64,000 nt of DNA from Phoronis australis (lineage: Eukaryota; Animalia; Phoronida): assembly GCA_002633005.1 (NCBI GenBank), contig NMRA01000047.1, positions 1,017,326-1,081,325 on the forward strand, read 5' to 3'. The position numbers and the translations under genes were made by a program. Shown here one piece after another: positions 48,312 through 63,181 of this stretch. Within the stretch, counting starts at the first letter, position 1, and each line of letters begins with the position of its first letter. The notes beneath the pieces were generated by a model, which saw only the letters and a list, made by a program, of their open reading frames with translations, was not told the origin of the DNA and did no database searches.

Positions 48312-51300
48312 CTACTGACACCAGACAAATGCATTCTGAAACATGCGTAACCATGGTGACACTGTCATGGTCCAATCGGAGGGCTTCCATGGCCACTGCC
48401 ATGGTAACACACATCTCTCGGGGTGGGGCATGATGGCCAAATGTCGACCGTCTGGTGAACAAAGGGCAGCGATACCATCTGGTGATCCATTAGGGTTGAA
48501 GGGATACCGAGTGGTAGGTTGTGCGTCATCATCAACGTACCTGACAGGGATGAGGTGACTTGAGTCTTGTAAGTCTTGCACATCCTTAGACTTGAAGACC
48601 ATACGACCTGTGTGAGAGAAACCAAATGGTCAGTATAACTTTACAAACAAAAAGAAAGAGCTCTTCAACTCCTGGGATAGGAATCTAATAATTTTACTTG
48701 AAAATATTTTTGACATTTTCCATTCTTCTTTAATACAAACTCAAGATAATTGTCTACCATTCTATGTTGGCGTATTATGCAACATGAAAATGAGTGTATG
48801 GTCTGAATTTGCACTTGATGAACCCTAGATTCAAGCTACAAACTCAAGTAAAAACTTACGATTTCGAGCAAAAACTGGAGATTTTGAGAAAAAACTCGAG
48901 ACCTCCAATTCAGGCTCAAACTTTAAGTTTCAATCTTTGGGTCATCAAGTGTAAAATAGCGTTGCAAAGTCTTTCACATAAACCATTATACTCAAGTGCA
49001 GAACAACAAACACTTATCTTGAGTTCGTATTAAAGTAGAGTGGAAAATGTTAACAATAATCCCCATTTCGAGTATAAAGGTTAGACCCCAGGCCCTGAGA
49101 TGCTCATTCTTGACAGAGTTCATATTTGATGAAGAGAATTGTGCCAGGCTCTGCACAGGAATGTGTGTGACGTGCTGTGGCATTGGCACAAAATACATTA
49201 CAAATGCATGACTTTCAAAGTATACATATGACCACCTTGTGTCTACAGACAATATCAACCAAGGGTGCGACAATCAATGGAATTGTAACCAAATTGCAAT
49301 GCAGGAACAAATGATTTTGATATCATATCCCAAAGCCCATTTCGCTTCGATTCTAAGTTCCAATTTTTGCCATTAGGCGTGTTACGAAGTTACGGCTTAT
49401 TTGGATTTTTTGAATACTATTATTGAGATACTGAACAAACAAACAGCTCCGGGTTGTTCATCAGTTGGAATCTTATATTTAACAATTTTTCATCTCAACT
49501 TTTCAAAAAATTGGTACCAGTGGTAAGTTAACTAATTGAAAAAAGAAATTCATTTGACAAACAAGAATGAGACTGAAAATAATCGAATTTACCCAAAAAA
49601 GAATCAAATCGAATTCCAAGAAATATTTTTCGTCCCACCCCCAATAACTATGTGAACAGATTTTGTCAAACATCTAAACACCTCTCTTTTCTGGAAAGTA
49701 ATTGAAGGGCATTGGGAAGAAGTTTGACAATTTTGCGCACCCAAGAGAGGCTCGTATGCGTGCACCATTGCCGTAAAAGCGTGCTCACACTTGAACCCTA
49801 TCTTGAGGCTCTACATGTGCAGTAACACCAACAACTGTAATTATTATCACAAATATTTCATGCTGCATCGAAAAGTAAAATATCCACGTTGCCAGCCAAC
49901 TGCCTAGGTGCTCAAACAGCCTGCTACACAGACAGCATACTCCAAGCTAAGTACTGTATTCCTCGAATAATCCGTCACGGCATAAACATTCATTTTGGTT
50001 TGGCTGTTGTTTTTCATCAGTACCAATCTATTTGCCACTTGAATACACGCAACTCACCATACCTCGCCCATCCCTATTATTCCATCTTTTGAGCTAAGCT
50101 GCAGAACATATGATAGATTTACATTCTACTTTCCTTGTATAAACCATCAGATGGTCTGGCAATGTATCTGCTCTCCAACCAACTTGTCTGCTGGTGACTT
50201 ATTTCCTGTATCGTTTTAGTATCACATCTTGATGCAATCATTACCCAATATTTCATCAAGACAGTGAAATCAGATCATCTATGCGCAGTGTCTAAGCATG
50301 TCTCCAAAGTTGGCACCGATAAACCGTCAAACGGATTATTTGTCGTTTTTTCCTTGGTTCCGAAAGTAATGGATTATCCGAGGCATGCGCTACATATAGC
50401 TGTCAGCAGAGCAGTCCAACATCTGGGAACTGTAACAGTTAGAATAGTTCACCGATGATAGCAACGCTGCACATCAGATGTTCTTACCTTCCCCGTGAGC
50501 CACCCATATCCCCAAGACAGACCCTGTCATCCCAGCAAGCATCAAGGACGGACTGTCCTCGATCTTCACCGTGGTAAAGCGAGATTCGAACCTCTCGGAC
50601 ACATTGTGATTCAGGAGAACACCTTGGTGAATAGATGTGTCACCTGCAGGAAGAACATAGAACTTGGGTTCAGACATCAAGCTGTGAAGATTTGGTGCTT
50701 AAGGTTATGTAGAACTTAGCCAAATATTTAGACAAGAATACAAATTTTAAGTCAATAAAAGGACATATATTCTGAAAGTAGAAAGCTGTAGGATTCCATG
50801 TTTGACTTCTTACAAAAACTGCCATGAGTTGGGTCACATGACCATGACTGTCTCTTTTAGTAAAATTCAGCAAAAAAGAAAGTTACATTGACAGCAAATC
50901 AATGGTTTCAATAAGATGATCTAAGTAATTTGACATCAATGTTCAAGACGAGATCTCAAAAAAACGCTGTTACAGTTTCCTAAAATTCCATTTTGTTTTA
51001 AACAACTTTGGATTTTGTCAAGAACAACGTAAAATGCAGATTTTTGATAGCCCCTCATGTAAAACAGGAAGATTTCAAAATAACCCATAACATCAGAAAG
51101 CATAGTATCAGAAAGCTTTTAATGAATCCAATCATCCATTCCTGTGATATGATGTTCTGAAGTTAGCCAAATTTGGACATCAATCTATAGTCCTACATAA
51201 ACTTATATTACTATTAGACAGCACTAACTTTGCTAAATGAGTACACTTTTGCACAGAAGCTTTACTAGATGGAAAAGACATTCATACCCTTTAGCATATT

Positions 51301-54300
51301 TTCTAAGCAGCATGTGGTTTATTAAGTTCTACGTGAGACAAAAAGTTGGACATTTTGAGAACTCAACATAAGCACCTAAACTAAATAATTCACTTGTTGA
51401 TTCATGTCTATAGCCTTATAATTTAGTAATATGTTACATTTTACAAGTTACTATTATTTTAATAGCATAACTGGTCTACCATTATTTCCAATAATTCTTC
51501 AGCTAGTTCACACAAAATTGTTAAAACAATTTTACTACCATATTAAAGCTGGTTATCTTCCTGCAAAACATGGAGATTTTATGAAATAGTGTCTTGTGAA
51601 ATCTACACAGTGCATTCTAGGCTAACAATTGATGAAACTTCTCATTATCTTGTTTTGTTGAAAGTTTTGACCAAATAGAATTTCTCTCATGGGCCAGATG
51701 TGAGAATTTATCCAATTATCATTAAAATTACCATAATCCGTTCTGAAGTGCAGTACATAACTCCTAATGAGGTGCATCAAATCTAAACAATGTAATGCTG
51801 TTAGACAGAAAGTTACGGCAGTCATCACTACGATACTCACTCTGATCAAGCGCTATGTCTGCTGCCACCCAGCCAAGTAGCGCCATCAGTTGGCAGCCAT
51901 TGCAAACACCAAGACTAAATGTGTCAAGGCGTGCATGGAAGGCATCAAACTGTGCCCGCACAGAAGTATTGAAGAGAAGTGTGGCTGCCCAACCTGAATC
52001 AAAGAAAATGAAACACCAAATTATAAAATCAAAATAAATATAAAATTGAAATCAATTATTCTTCAATCTAGGGTTGGTCAAGTCCAATAAGCTCAAAGCA
52101 TTTTGCTGAGTTGATGCTTTTGTTGGTAACAGAAATAGAATCTTATCACGCTGAGGACTAAAAAATCATGAAACGGACTTAATGGGAGTAAAAGGCCTAA
52201 TTTGATTTTCATTTTGAGACAGCTAAACAGGATGAAATGAAGCTTAGAGTTAATAGAGTATCTCTGTACTTTCTCAGCTTTTTCATATTTTCTAATGCTT
52301 GAAATCTATAAACGACCAGTGCTCTCAAATGTCACGTGGGGTGGGAAACTACAATACAAATGCTATAATATATCACGAGGCATGGGGTTGTAAAATGATA
52401 CGCAACTTCAGTATGAAGGGCAAATATAATATTTCTATCAACTTAAAGTTTTATGTCGACTTCACCTTTGGCCGAGCCAAGCACATCAGCATAACTGAAT
52501 CCTCCGACGAACACAATGCCACGAAACTGTTCGAGTGAGATTCCACCCGTGGCCAGGTCCTGCATGTTCACGTCCCAGATTTCAAAGCCAGCCAGATACA
52601 GTGCTGCCACCATTTCACGGTCCCCATTGCTACCCTCCTCACGGATCACCGCCACCTTAGGAATGTCTGAATCTGAAGTAAAACGTCATAAGCCAGTGAG
52701 AGCATTTGCCGAGTTACAATAAGGGGGTCAAAACGTTGCCTTAAATTTAACAAATTTGAATCCTTATTTTAACTTATACCTCTTACAGATTACTAACAAA
52801 TATAAAGCGCAATATTTCAGACACAAAAATAATATTCCTTTCCTTACGAACAGTTAAAAAATTGAAACAAAACAGTAACATGAGCAACATGGAGTGCTGA
52901 AATACGCTCATTACAGAAACACACATGGTGTGCTTCTAGTGGTATTTTTTTAATATCATAAAAATGGCACAGAATCATCAAATCCGTATCAAATTGGGAA
53001 AGCTTCGTTGACTTTCTATTACAAAACTGTTTGTCAAATTTCATTAAAATCCACAAAGGAACTTCAAATATACAGAAGCAAAAGCTGATGTAAAAAATTG
53101 CCATTAAAAGCCACAGCAGTGGTCGAATTCGTCCATCTGATGTCAAGTTAATGGGAATAGACTTGACAAACGTTGATCTTGCAAGGAGTTTAGTAGATAC
53201 AGCTGCAGATATGAAAATAATGTCACTAGGAAGCACCACAGTTATCTGAAAATCCACGCCAGTTGGGCTGATGTCAGTATGAATACATCTGCCAATTTTC
53301 ATAAAGTCATCTGAGCAGTTTGGCGGATATGAAATAGACAGCAAAAAGTAGGCTCGAAAATGACCGACATGGCCACTAGGAAGGATGCTGTCATCTTCAT
53401 AATAAATAGAAACATATTTCCAAAATTCATGAAAAAACATACAGGAACTTGGAAGATGTAGAGGCAAAGGTAACTAATAAAATTGCTACTGGGGGCTATA
53501 GCGGTAGTCAGAACCATCCAAAAAGTCATGGGCAGCTATTGTCACATCTATAAGTAATTACCTGCAGAAGTTCACAAACATCGTGCAAAGGAATCAGGTC
53601 ATGGTGACAAAAAATACAAAATCACCACAAGGGAACGCCACAGGTGACAGATCTGTCCAAAAATCAATGTCAGCCATAGTCTTGGTTCGAACTCATGATC
53701 GTCTGTTGTTAGCTTCATGGGAATTCATGTGTCGAATCTCATTATGATCTTGTAATGAGTTTAGGAGGAACAGAGATGACAGCAATATGCGCACACTTAT
53801 AAGTATGTTGGTGCATAAAATGGATCAATGTTTCACACGAACACAGGAGGCTTATGAATATTCCTAATCGTCGGAAAGATTAACTCTAACCTACCAGAGT
53901 TGTTCGCGCACACTGGTGCAACATCAGGATCAAAGGTGATCTTGAATGGAGGATTCCGTCTGCTTTTCATGCCTTGCTCTTCCTCTGCAATGCATTCTGG
54001 GTTGGCCTGTAATCGCTCCAACTGGAAGCTTGTCTCCTCCCAGATTTGACGGAGATCAGCCATGTTTCCAAAGAGAACAGCCTCGTCATTAAAGTTGACC
54101 TTCACCTTATAGAATATAAACAAAAAAGTTTTTTACCACTTTTACAAATAATGAAAATTGCCATACCTTAACCCAGAGGTCAATATTTTTCTATCTCTTC
54201 AAGTCTCCCAGAATAATATCTTATCATTTTGGCATCTATATTCCCAAGTTTCACAAACAGATTTAAATACTGACAAGAAATTTCAAACTACTTCCCACAG

Positions 54301-57300
54301 TCAAAAACATGTTTCAGGGAAAAGGGGCCCTGGGTTACCAAACTAGGACCTTAATGAACTACACCAAATACAACATACCTGAGCATCTAGACCTATCTGA
54401 CCAATGGAGTGACCGATACAGTGACAACTGACTCCAGCATCAGTGAAAATCCTCACCACGTTCTCTGCTGATTCACTGCAGGTTTCTAACACCCAGCCAA
54501 GTTCTTCAGCAAACATGTACTCCAACAGTGGAACTAGGGAAAGACGTTACTAAGATTGCCACTCAATGTGAAACACATTTTTGATATTTATAGTTTCTTG
54601 AAATTTTTTATTGTTAAAATAGTGCTCATGTCTTATCAGACAGATGTTCTAACAATGGACAAGAGAAGCTCAGAGTAATGCTTAAAACAACCATGATATG
54701 AAACACATGATAAAGATACTTACTACAATTTACCAATTGTAAAAATTCATGATAGTAACTACAATTATATTTATTAATCACAATGCTAACAAATCTTTTC
54801 AACAAGAATACCATAATTGGTGGAAAATGAATTTTCTTTTGTTGGTTTATGATAAAAAATAATTACATATTAATCACAATGCTAACAAATCTTTTCAACA
54901 AGAATACCATAATTGGTGGAAAATGAATTTTCTTTTGTTGGTTTATGATAAAAAATAATTACAAAGTCATCAAACTTCAAACAAGTGTTTGTTGGCAATT
55001 TCCTCATCAACACTACTGCACTCTGCAGGTGGATGTTTGATCACGTGTAGCAGACGGGTAGAAAGTTTTCGACAAACGTTAGAGCGATGACTTTGTCCAC
55101 AACTGATGTCAGCTTACCTGTTGGATGCGAGAAGGTAGCCTCAATCCCACAATTCCCAGCGAATGCCATCTCCAAGAGACACGTGATCAATCCACCGTCA
55201 CTCACATCATGTGCTGCAGTCAGCAGACCATCTGGAACACATGACGTGTCAGCTTAAGAATGTCTGATAATGGTGGCCTTGTCAAACTTGGCAGAAATAT
55301 TTATATAATAAAACTAGATAACATCGTCATTTCATCCTGTTGGCTAGATAAAAACGAAAATCAAATTAGGCCTTTCACTCTGATGAAATCTATCTCATCA
55401 AACTCCTTATCAAGATAGGATTCCATGTCCATTACTAACAGGAAAGTCGACCAATCAGCGACTTGAGAAAATGCAACGGAAATGGAATCCTGTGACAGTA
55501 AGGAATACCATGAGACCGATTTTACTACAGTAAACGGCCCAATTTTATTTAACTTTTCAGCCTGCTAAACAAGGAGAAATGCAGCTTCAACTACATCTTT
55601 GATATTTAGGAACACTGGGCTAAACAGCTATCTCTAAATTACTAGACAAATACATAAATTCTAGTACTCCTTTTTGAGAACAGAGAGCACTGTGTGTGCT
55701 GAAAATACAATACAACAAAAAGAAATGACACGGTAAAATATGACACATAGAAAATTAGAATTTGAAAACAGAAGCTCTACATAGAGATCCAAACCATAAA
55801 ATAGGGCACCTGACAATAAACTCTGCATGGCAGTGAAAGCATGCCCAAACACCTGGGGATCATCCATGTCAGGACTAGTTTTACCCACTTGACCATAGCA
55901 CTGTGCCAGTGCACTGCCACCCAGACGGTGGTGCCCTCTGGAAGGCTGGACATAAAGTAGACTTCCTGTAAAAACATTGAGATGATTAATCCCACTGGGA
56001 CCACGACTGGTGTTAAGGAGATGGAACACTCTAATTGTTTCTGACTGACATGACATCAGTGGAGATTAACATTGTTGGTACTAACTTATGCCCGTGTCAT
56101 GCACATCACCAATATGGCTCATTACCAAACTAATGACTTTAACCGGTATGCAAGTCCACTTGGGAACAAAAGGCAATGGCCGATTTCAAAAGGGACCTGA
56201 ATAACGGAGACTGGAACTGATTCTGCAAAGAATTGAGTTATATTGTTGTTGATAATTTTTCCTACAAACCTAAGATACAAACTTTCTGTGCCAAAACGAC
56301 AGAGGGCGGAGACCATCCACCTGATGACAGGACTGGTGCCACTGCCATATAGGTGAATAAACGTAATTAAAATTTTCTATGCGATGCTGTATCTGTTACA
56401 TCTGATAATCGCACTTTCTGGTTCACACGCTGCTAATTTGAATTTATTTGAATGCAGTGATTGTTGCTCAGTAAACCTGAAATTGCACCACTTGCCTAAA
56501 CAGCCAAATAACTTAATTTTGAACATTAAAAACAATTCATTTCCTGGGCAGCAAATGTTATCCCTTGTATTTACTTAATAGACTGATGAACTAATTAAAG
56601 GACATCCTTGGAAAACACTGAATGATTTTAAAAATTCACCATTTCAAGCTGTCCCAAGACAACAACAAATTTTGGAACTGTAAACACTGTGCACAGCATT
56701 TTCAAGACTGACAGTGGAAAGTATCACTGACACAAATACACACACATGCACGAACGCAAGAATGTACACACGCAAACGCACACACACTGGTAACTTGACC
56801 AAGTTAGAATTCAAAATTACAAACTTGGATCTTAGAATCAGTCATAGATCAAATACCGTACTGGAGGCATGTGAAGTGAAATGTGTGAACATCAGAACAG
56901 AGGTGATCAGAATGTCACAAGAATAGCAGAGGTCTGTTACATGAAAAAAATAAACCATCGGTGTGCCACTAGGCCCATGGGTGTCTATGCGGAACTGCAC
57001 TTACATGATTATTGTGAAACTTATACGCATGCGCCAATATGTGAGCCCAGTGTTCTCCACATTATAAATTCCAAACTCGACGCAAATGTTGAATGTCAGT
57101 TATTGACATTGTTTTGTGTCTACCCATAAGCATGGTCATGCTGGAGGTATTTATATATGGTTTAAAACTGCACTGCACTGGTGTGACCTACTTCTTAGAC
57201 ACTTCAAAGTTTAGCTTTCCTACCAATGCATCTCATAATTTCTCCAAAGCATTTGTCAGACCAAGAGCAGAAAACAAAAGATCAAAAGTTCCTTTAATAA

Positions 57301-59078
57301 TACCAATGCCGATTTTAATATCAATTAGACATATTAAGTACTACTAACGTGAGTTCTGATGTGACCTAGTTTTTAGTGACACCTGTTGTCAAGTTTAATA
57401 AGCTCATAAAGTTCTAACTTGCCACTAGATGTCAGTCAAAATCAAAATTGTCTTTATTAAGCAAATTAAATTGCTTTTTTATAGGTTGACTTGCAAAATT
57501 TTAAAGTTAGAATGATAAAGTAGATTAGTCATTCAATTAAGCAAGCTAGGTGACTCCATGAAATGTTTGTTATTTAAAGTTTTTTGCAGATTTTGTTAAT
57601 TATAATTTAAACTTTTGTAGTGTCTTACGAAGTTATACATATAGTGTTGACTGCCTCTAAAGTTCTGTATTGGGCTTGATGTTGGTTAATCAGGCACTGC
57701 TTTAGGGTTGAGGGCTGAAATACCAAGCCAGGACAAAAGTTCAAACCTGACGCAGCACTTTCTAAACTCGACGCGCATTTTCCAAACTCGTTACAGCAAA
57801 ATCCAAACTCGTTACAGCGTCGAGTTAAAACAGGCCGTGGAGAACACTGGAGCCATGTAAAAAAGGTCGCGAAAAAAGGCATTGTTTCGGACATAGGCCC
57901 ATGGCCCTGAAGGTGCACAGTATGGTAAAATGTTGTTCATGAAAAGCAAGCCATTTTGTAAAAAGTAAGCAGGTGCACCAAAGTAGGAATTCGTGTACCA
58001 GCCTATACAGGGGAGATTACCTGGACTTATACGCAAAACTTTGGCACATGCACCAATATGTCACCATTTGGGTTAAAAAGAAGGTTGCCAAAAAGGCATA
58101 ATTTTGGATATAAGTTCATGGGCCTAAAAGCACAGCAATAAGGTACGGCAAGTTTCCTCAAATTCGAACAAAACTTATGGCCCAAATTTTCATTTTTCAA
58201 GTGCTAAGTAAGTGTATTGCCAAAAATGTTAAGAATTTCAGAGTGTGTTTGTTGATGACAGCCATACCATAAAGTTTTCAAATAATTTAGTAGTAAAACT
58301 GTCCTCTTAACTACAGTAAAATGATCCTTTGAGGAGTTTGGCAAATAAAGAGGCAGACGCTAAAAATGAATTAAGAATCATAAAAATGGCCAAAAGCTAG
58401 TGCCAAAATATGCTGAATCTTTCCGAAAATGGAAAGGCATAGTTGTCGCCTTAATAAAAATCTATCTGCCAAATTTCAGAAAAAAATCCATCAACAAACT
58501 CCAGATACAGACTGAGTGGTAGTTGAATCAGTCCAAAACTAGTCGTCATGTCGTCAGCTTCATAGGAACATGTCAAATTTCACGAACACCGGATGCCAGA
58601 TGCCCAGACAGAGAGGGCGGCAATATACACCCACGTGTAAATATGCGAGAGCATAAAAATCACTGTCTGGTCTTTCTAAGATGGCTGAACATTACACAGA
58701 TTTAAAAGTACACGTACCCTTTCCTTGTGGGCACTTGAGGTCAGGAGTGACGGTCAGTGTGATGTCTGGGCAGGCAGCGTATACGGAGATGACCAGAGAG
58801 CCTGTGTACAAAAAAAGGCTTAGTGGCTTAGTGTTATTAAATATTGTTCCAGCAGACTCACGGATGAATGGACACTAGTCTAATTCTGACACTGTACACT
58901 GCTCAAGCAATAGTAATCATGTCATGTTAACATACAGGGATTATTTCAGTAGTGCGCCCTGCGTCAATGATGCACAAAAAATTTTCAATATGCAATATGA
59001 ATCTTAACAAGGACAAAAGAATGCATTAAATGATACCTTATTTTGTTTTGAATAATGATAATTCATATTTTTTAAAAC

Positions 59079-59115
<37 letters not shown>

Positions 59116-62100
59116 GAGCAAAAACAACAATAGTGCTGAGCACTCAACCAAAACTAATGTCATTGTCCAAAACAGCAATAAAAGCAGTATGTGGGAACAG
59201 CATATTGTGGAAATACCTGAGTGTGTCAACTGTGTTTCGTTAAAATGAAATGCACCAAATGTGCACAACATACTCAAAAATGCAAGTCAGTTATACCTCC
59301 TTTAACATTAAAATAATCGTTATACTGGAACATATAAAGGAACTTAATTACAACTACTGTAAATTCCATCACGTTGGCAATCTGTGAACCGCATTTTCAA
59401 CTGGTAAATTCACAAATAAGCAGTTGGTGATGCTTGGTTACTCAGTTAATTTTGCACACCTGACAACTACGTCTGCATATTCAGTTAATCTGGCACACTC
59501 TGACTGTCAGGAAAATGAAGTCAATTTGTTTGATGCGAAATAAGCGATGAATTATCGTAGTTGCTACAGAACACAGTGAATGAGAGTTAAAAAAAAACAA
59601 ATCCCATGCCGCAGACAATACAAATTGTATCACCTGGTGCTTTGACAGTTTCACCCTCCACCCTGGCAGCCATACTCAGGGAGTCTTTCCCTCCATCCAC
59701 TGCCACACCGAGTGCGCTCATCACATCACACATAGCCTTGCAAGCGTCATAGAGGGCAGCACCTTCACCTGGTAGCTTGGCAGGCCACATCCAGTTCCCG
59801 CTACACTTGACGTCCTGTGGACAGTGTCAGTGTTACCAGCAGCAAACAATCGAGGGCTAAATCTTGTACAAGGAAGGTATTGTTTTGACATCTTTGGTTA
59901 CATTTTTCAATAATAACAATAATCATTATTACTATATTTATAATAACATTTATAATATTTATATTTATAATAATTATCATATTTATATTTATAATAATAT
60001 TTATAATATAATATTTACAATTATATTTATAATAACAAGAATAATAGTAATAACAGTAACAATAACAGTTTGGCTAAGGTAATAGTAGTAGTTGTAGAAA
60101 CAATATGATGCATACTTCTGCAGTCTGCTTCACAAATTACATCCAGTGTTTTTCCAATTGCCAAATGTGGATGACATAATAATGTACGCCAGTAATATCT
60201 CCCTTAACATTAAAGTAACCAATACACACAGCCGAAGATCTGACCAACATGACTCCATGCAATGTTTCTTGCCCCATGTTGACAGTGATATGCTGCACTA
60301 AATTAGCCCAAAACCCAATGTTATGGCCACACACAAAAAGCACAATGTTTGATAACTGTACCTTCAGACATGTGATCTTAGCCATAGCCAGATTAGTCAA
60401 CGCTTCTCCAACAGACATGCGAGCACCGCAGCCAGCATCCAGCAGACCTTTGATTGGTTGTTCTCCGATGGCAGTCGCTGCTCCAACCTAAGGTTTTTGG
60501 CAAACGTTATGCAACATGGAACACACGGTTGAATTCAAACATTCTACCACAAAATATTTCATGAAAACAGTATTTTGTAGGTGTTAATAAGTATAAGTCG
60601 ACACGAGTTTATGGCAGTACCCAGACTACAGTACAAGACATAACTAATCAAACAACAGACCGTTTCCCGGTCACAGCAGCTAATTCTGTTAATACCAAAA
60701 TTGACTGGTAACAACTAAACGAGCGGCAAGATTGAAATTGCAGACTGGCTTAGCCACCTACCACATGCCAATTCATTCCTCTTCACTCTTAGTCATGAGG
60801 GAAGGCTACTCTAATGATTGGCTACCGTCCAGCTTTCTTGACAGGGAATTCTGGGACATTTAGTCTGAATACTTTTGACAAGCACTGTATTCATTGTGTA
60901 AATTAACCACATTCCCCTAACACTGTATTCATTGTGTAAATTAACCACATTCCCCTAACACTGTATTCATTGTGTAAATTAACCACATTCCCCTAACACT
61001 GTATTCATTGTGTAAATTAACCACATTCCCCTAACACTGTATTCATTGTGTAAATTAACCACATTCCCCTAACTCATAACTATTGTGTAAATTAACCACA
61101 TTCCCCTAACTCATAACTATTGTGTAAATTAACCACATTCCCCTAACTCATAACTATTGTGTAAATTAACCACATTCCCCTAACTCATAACTCAGACACC
61201 TTCAACTGGATGTTGTACAAAGCCAGAGTTCAACCACACCTCATGATTTCTTGATATAGTTAGAAGGCGTTACAAAATGATGAGTAATTATCAAACGAGT
61301 TAATGTCCATAGATTATCTGCAGTAAGTTATTGCATAGAATTGTAGCTAAGGCAACGTTATCTTAGACTTTAACTAACACTCAGTTTAGGTTTATGATGT
61401 AGTTGCTAGGTATCAAATTTATGGTACAGTAAAAGTCATAAATTTAGGAAACAATATGGCTGACAAATGAAATTTTATTTTAGGCAAAAGATTAGAAAAA
61501 ACAAGTAAGTGCTACACATTTCAAGATCTAACCCACAGCCACCAACAGACAATGACTCAGAGAAATTGGAGGGATTCAAAACAATATCAGAAGCTTTAAT
61601 TAATTTTTGAAAACGAAAAAAAAAAAATTTTTGTATGAAATTGATGAAATTTTACTGTAGTTGTGACTACATATATATACATATATATTTCTACTTGAGA
61701 ATGAAACAAGTATGTTTCGAAATATGCGTCTTTTAATAAATTCTCTTGGTCTGTTGTTCTGTTGAGTTTCGAACCTTGTTCCGAAGATACGAACGGAATA
61801 AAGATTGTTAATAACGACAAGTGTCATGTATTCAACCAATTTTACAGATACATATACATTTTTGCAATTGGTATCAATGACAGAATTTGCATCACAATAG
61901 CAGTCACATGCCTACAAATGTTTTTGTTGAAATCTGACATACTGAAGGGCCTGCAATGACCAATGACAAAAAAGGAAAACTTTCCAGGTGATGTATCGTT
62001 CCACAAATAAATATGCTTTTGTGTTGTAAAATTTAAGTGAAATAAACATTTTTGCATAAATCAAGTCGAACTAATGATAAAAACGGGACTAAAGGAGGAA

Positions 62101-63181
62101 ACCCTCTTAAAAGGGGAACATTCCAAGCCCTGATACTATTTTTGACAAAACATGGTCCAAGTCATCAGAACACATAGAGTGCACGACCTCACTATCTCCA
62201 AACAGAACACGACAAGAAGACGACTAGTTGCACACAGCATATTTACCGTATCAAAGTGTGAGAAGGCGGTCACTGCCACGTCTGCCAGTGGAGTGTGTAG
62301 AGGTCCTACACACTGTTGCTGGGCAACCAAACCAGTCACTGAGCGATCGACCTGGAAGTAACAGACAACTAATACTAAAAAAGCTGAGGCTAGAAAATGC
62401 ACAGCCGTATTAGAGTTTTTTGAAAATGGATGCAGTGGTGTGGCATTTTTAGTTGCCCACTATTTGAAAAAAATGATTGAGATGAGTCTGTGCTTGTAGT
62501 TGTGTTGACCCAAGCAGCTTTCCCAAAAAGGTTGGAAATGGCTGAATTTGGTGTGGGTGGGAGATTTTTTGTTAGTAGTGACGCACAGGTTTCAAATGTG
62601 TCAGGATAGAGTCTAAAACCAAGCATGCTTTTTTGTTCTAATCCTACTTGGTCCTATTGGTGTTATGAAATATGCCCTACAGCTCTACACCACATCCAGC
62701 AATAGGAATACATGATGTAGTCTTAACTAGTCACAGACACTGTACCATCAAGGTTTATATAGTACATGAGTAGTCACGTAACATTGCTTACATCTACACT
62801 TTTACTAAATACTGCTTTCCTCTCTGTATCAACGAATGATTGTCAATGCTTTTGATAAACGGAACAGTAAAACGTGATATTTGAACATTCAAAAGAAGTA
62901 CGAAGTACTCCTGAAATACATAATTATATACATACCTTGTTCGTCAGGTACCTTTTACTCGCCACCGCGGGCAGCCGTAACACCCTGTCGAGAGCGTCAC
63001 TCAGCTGCAAGTTGTCTGGCAAACTGAGCTCTTTGAGCATCGGAGCCCTTCGCTGCAGGTGAAATTCCTTTCTTGGCATAGATCCAAGCACACAGCCAAG
63101 GTCAAGGTCAACTGGGTATCTGAACTCCGGGGCATGCCTCTTAGCACAGCCGTTGTCATGTTTAGTATTTTCCAAGCGAAT
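48312..63181 (-). CDS. PFAS: Phosphoribosylformylglycinamidine synthase (FGAR amidotransferase, large PurL type), last 13 exons (about 729 aa); 5' part lies beyond the right edge
   Basis: Exons 62936-63181, 62247-62351, 60362-60487, 59634-59814, 58718-58801, 55810-55965, 55118-55231, 54379-54533, 53895-54105, 52466-52672, 51841-51993, 50488-50643, 48312-48607 (2190 nt, TAG at 48312-48314). Motifs: VASKRYLTNKVDRSVTGLVAQQQCVGPLHTPLADV, SGNWMWPAK, VDGGKDSLSM, HDVSDGGL, REEGSNGDREM, GGFSYADVLGSAKGW, glutaminase nucleophile GVCNGCQ, WVAHGEG, and MPHPER (catalytic His/Glu). Confidence 0.96.
50938..51155 (+). repeat. Dispersed repeat fragment related to 1482-1715
   Basis: See 1482-1715. Confidence 0.65.
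54773..54963. repeat. Exact tandem duplication, 96-nt period, 2 copies
   Basis: caatgctaacaaatcttttcaacaagaataccataattggtgg at 54781 and 54877. Confidence 0.93.
59078..59113. repeat. (AAC)n microsatellite
   Basis: Direct observation. Confidence 0.95.
59905..60068. repeat. AT-rich low-complexity tract
   Basis: Degenerate (tatatttataataat)n followed by (aataac)n. Confidence 0.85.
60883..61192. repeat. Compound minisatellite: five 38-nt units then three 37-nt variant units
   Basis: Shared core attgtgtaaattaaccacattcccctaa, preceded by cactgtattc (5 copies) or ctcataact (3 copies plus a partial). Confidence 0.95.

Noticed and set aside
59030-59277. Poly-N and poly-L ORFs
   Set aside because: Translations of the (AAC)n microsatellite.
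60883-61192. CRISPR-like repeat/spacer look, or interstitial telomere
   Set aside because: Linkers are identical and only 9-10 nt, there are no cas genes, the context is a eukaryotic intron, and each unit has only one ccctaa.
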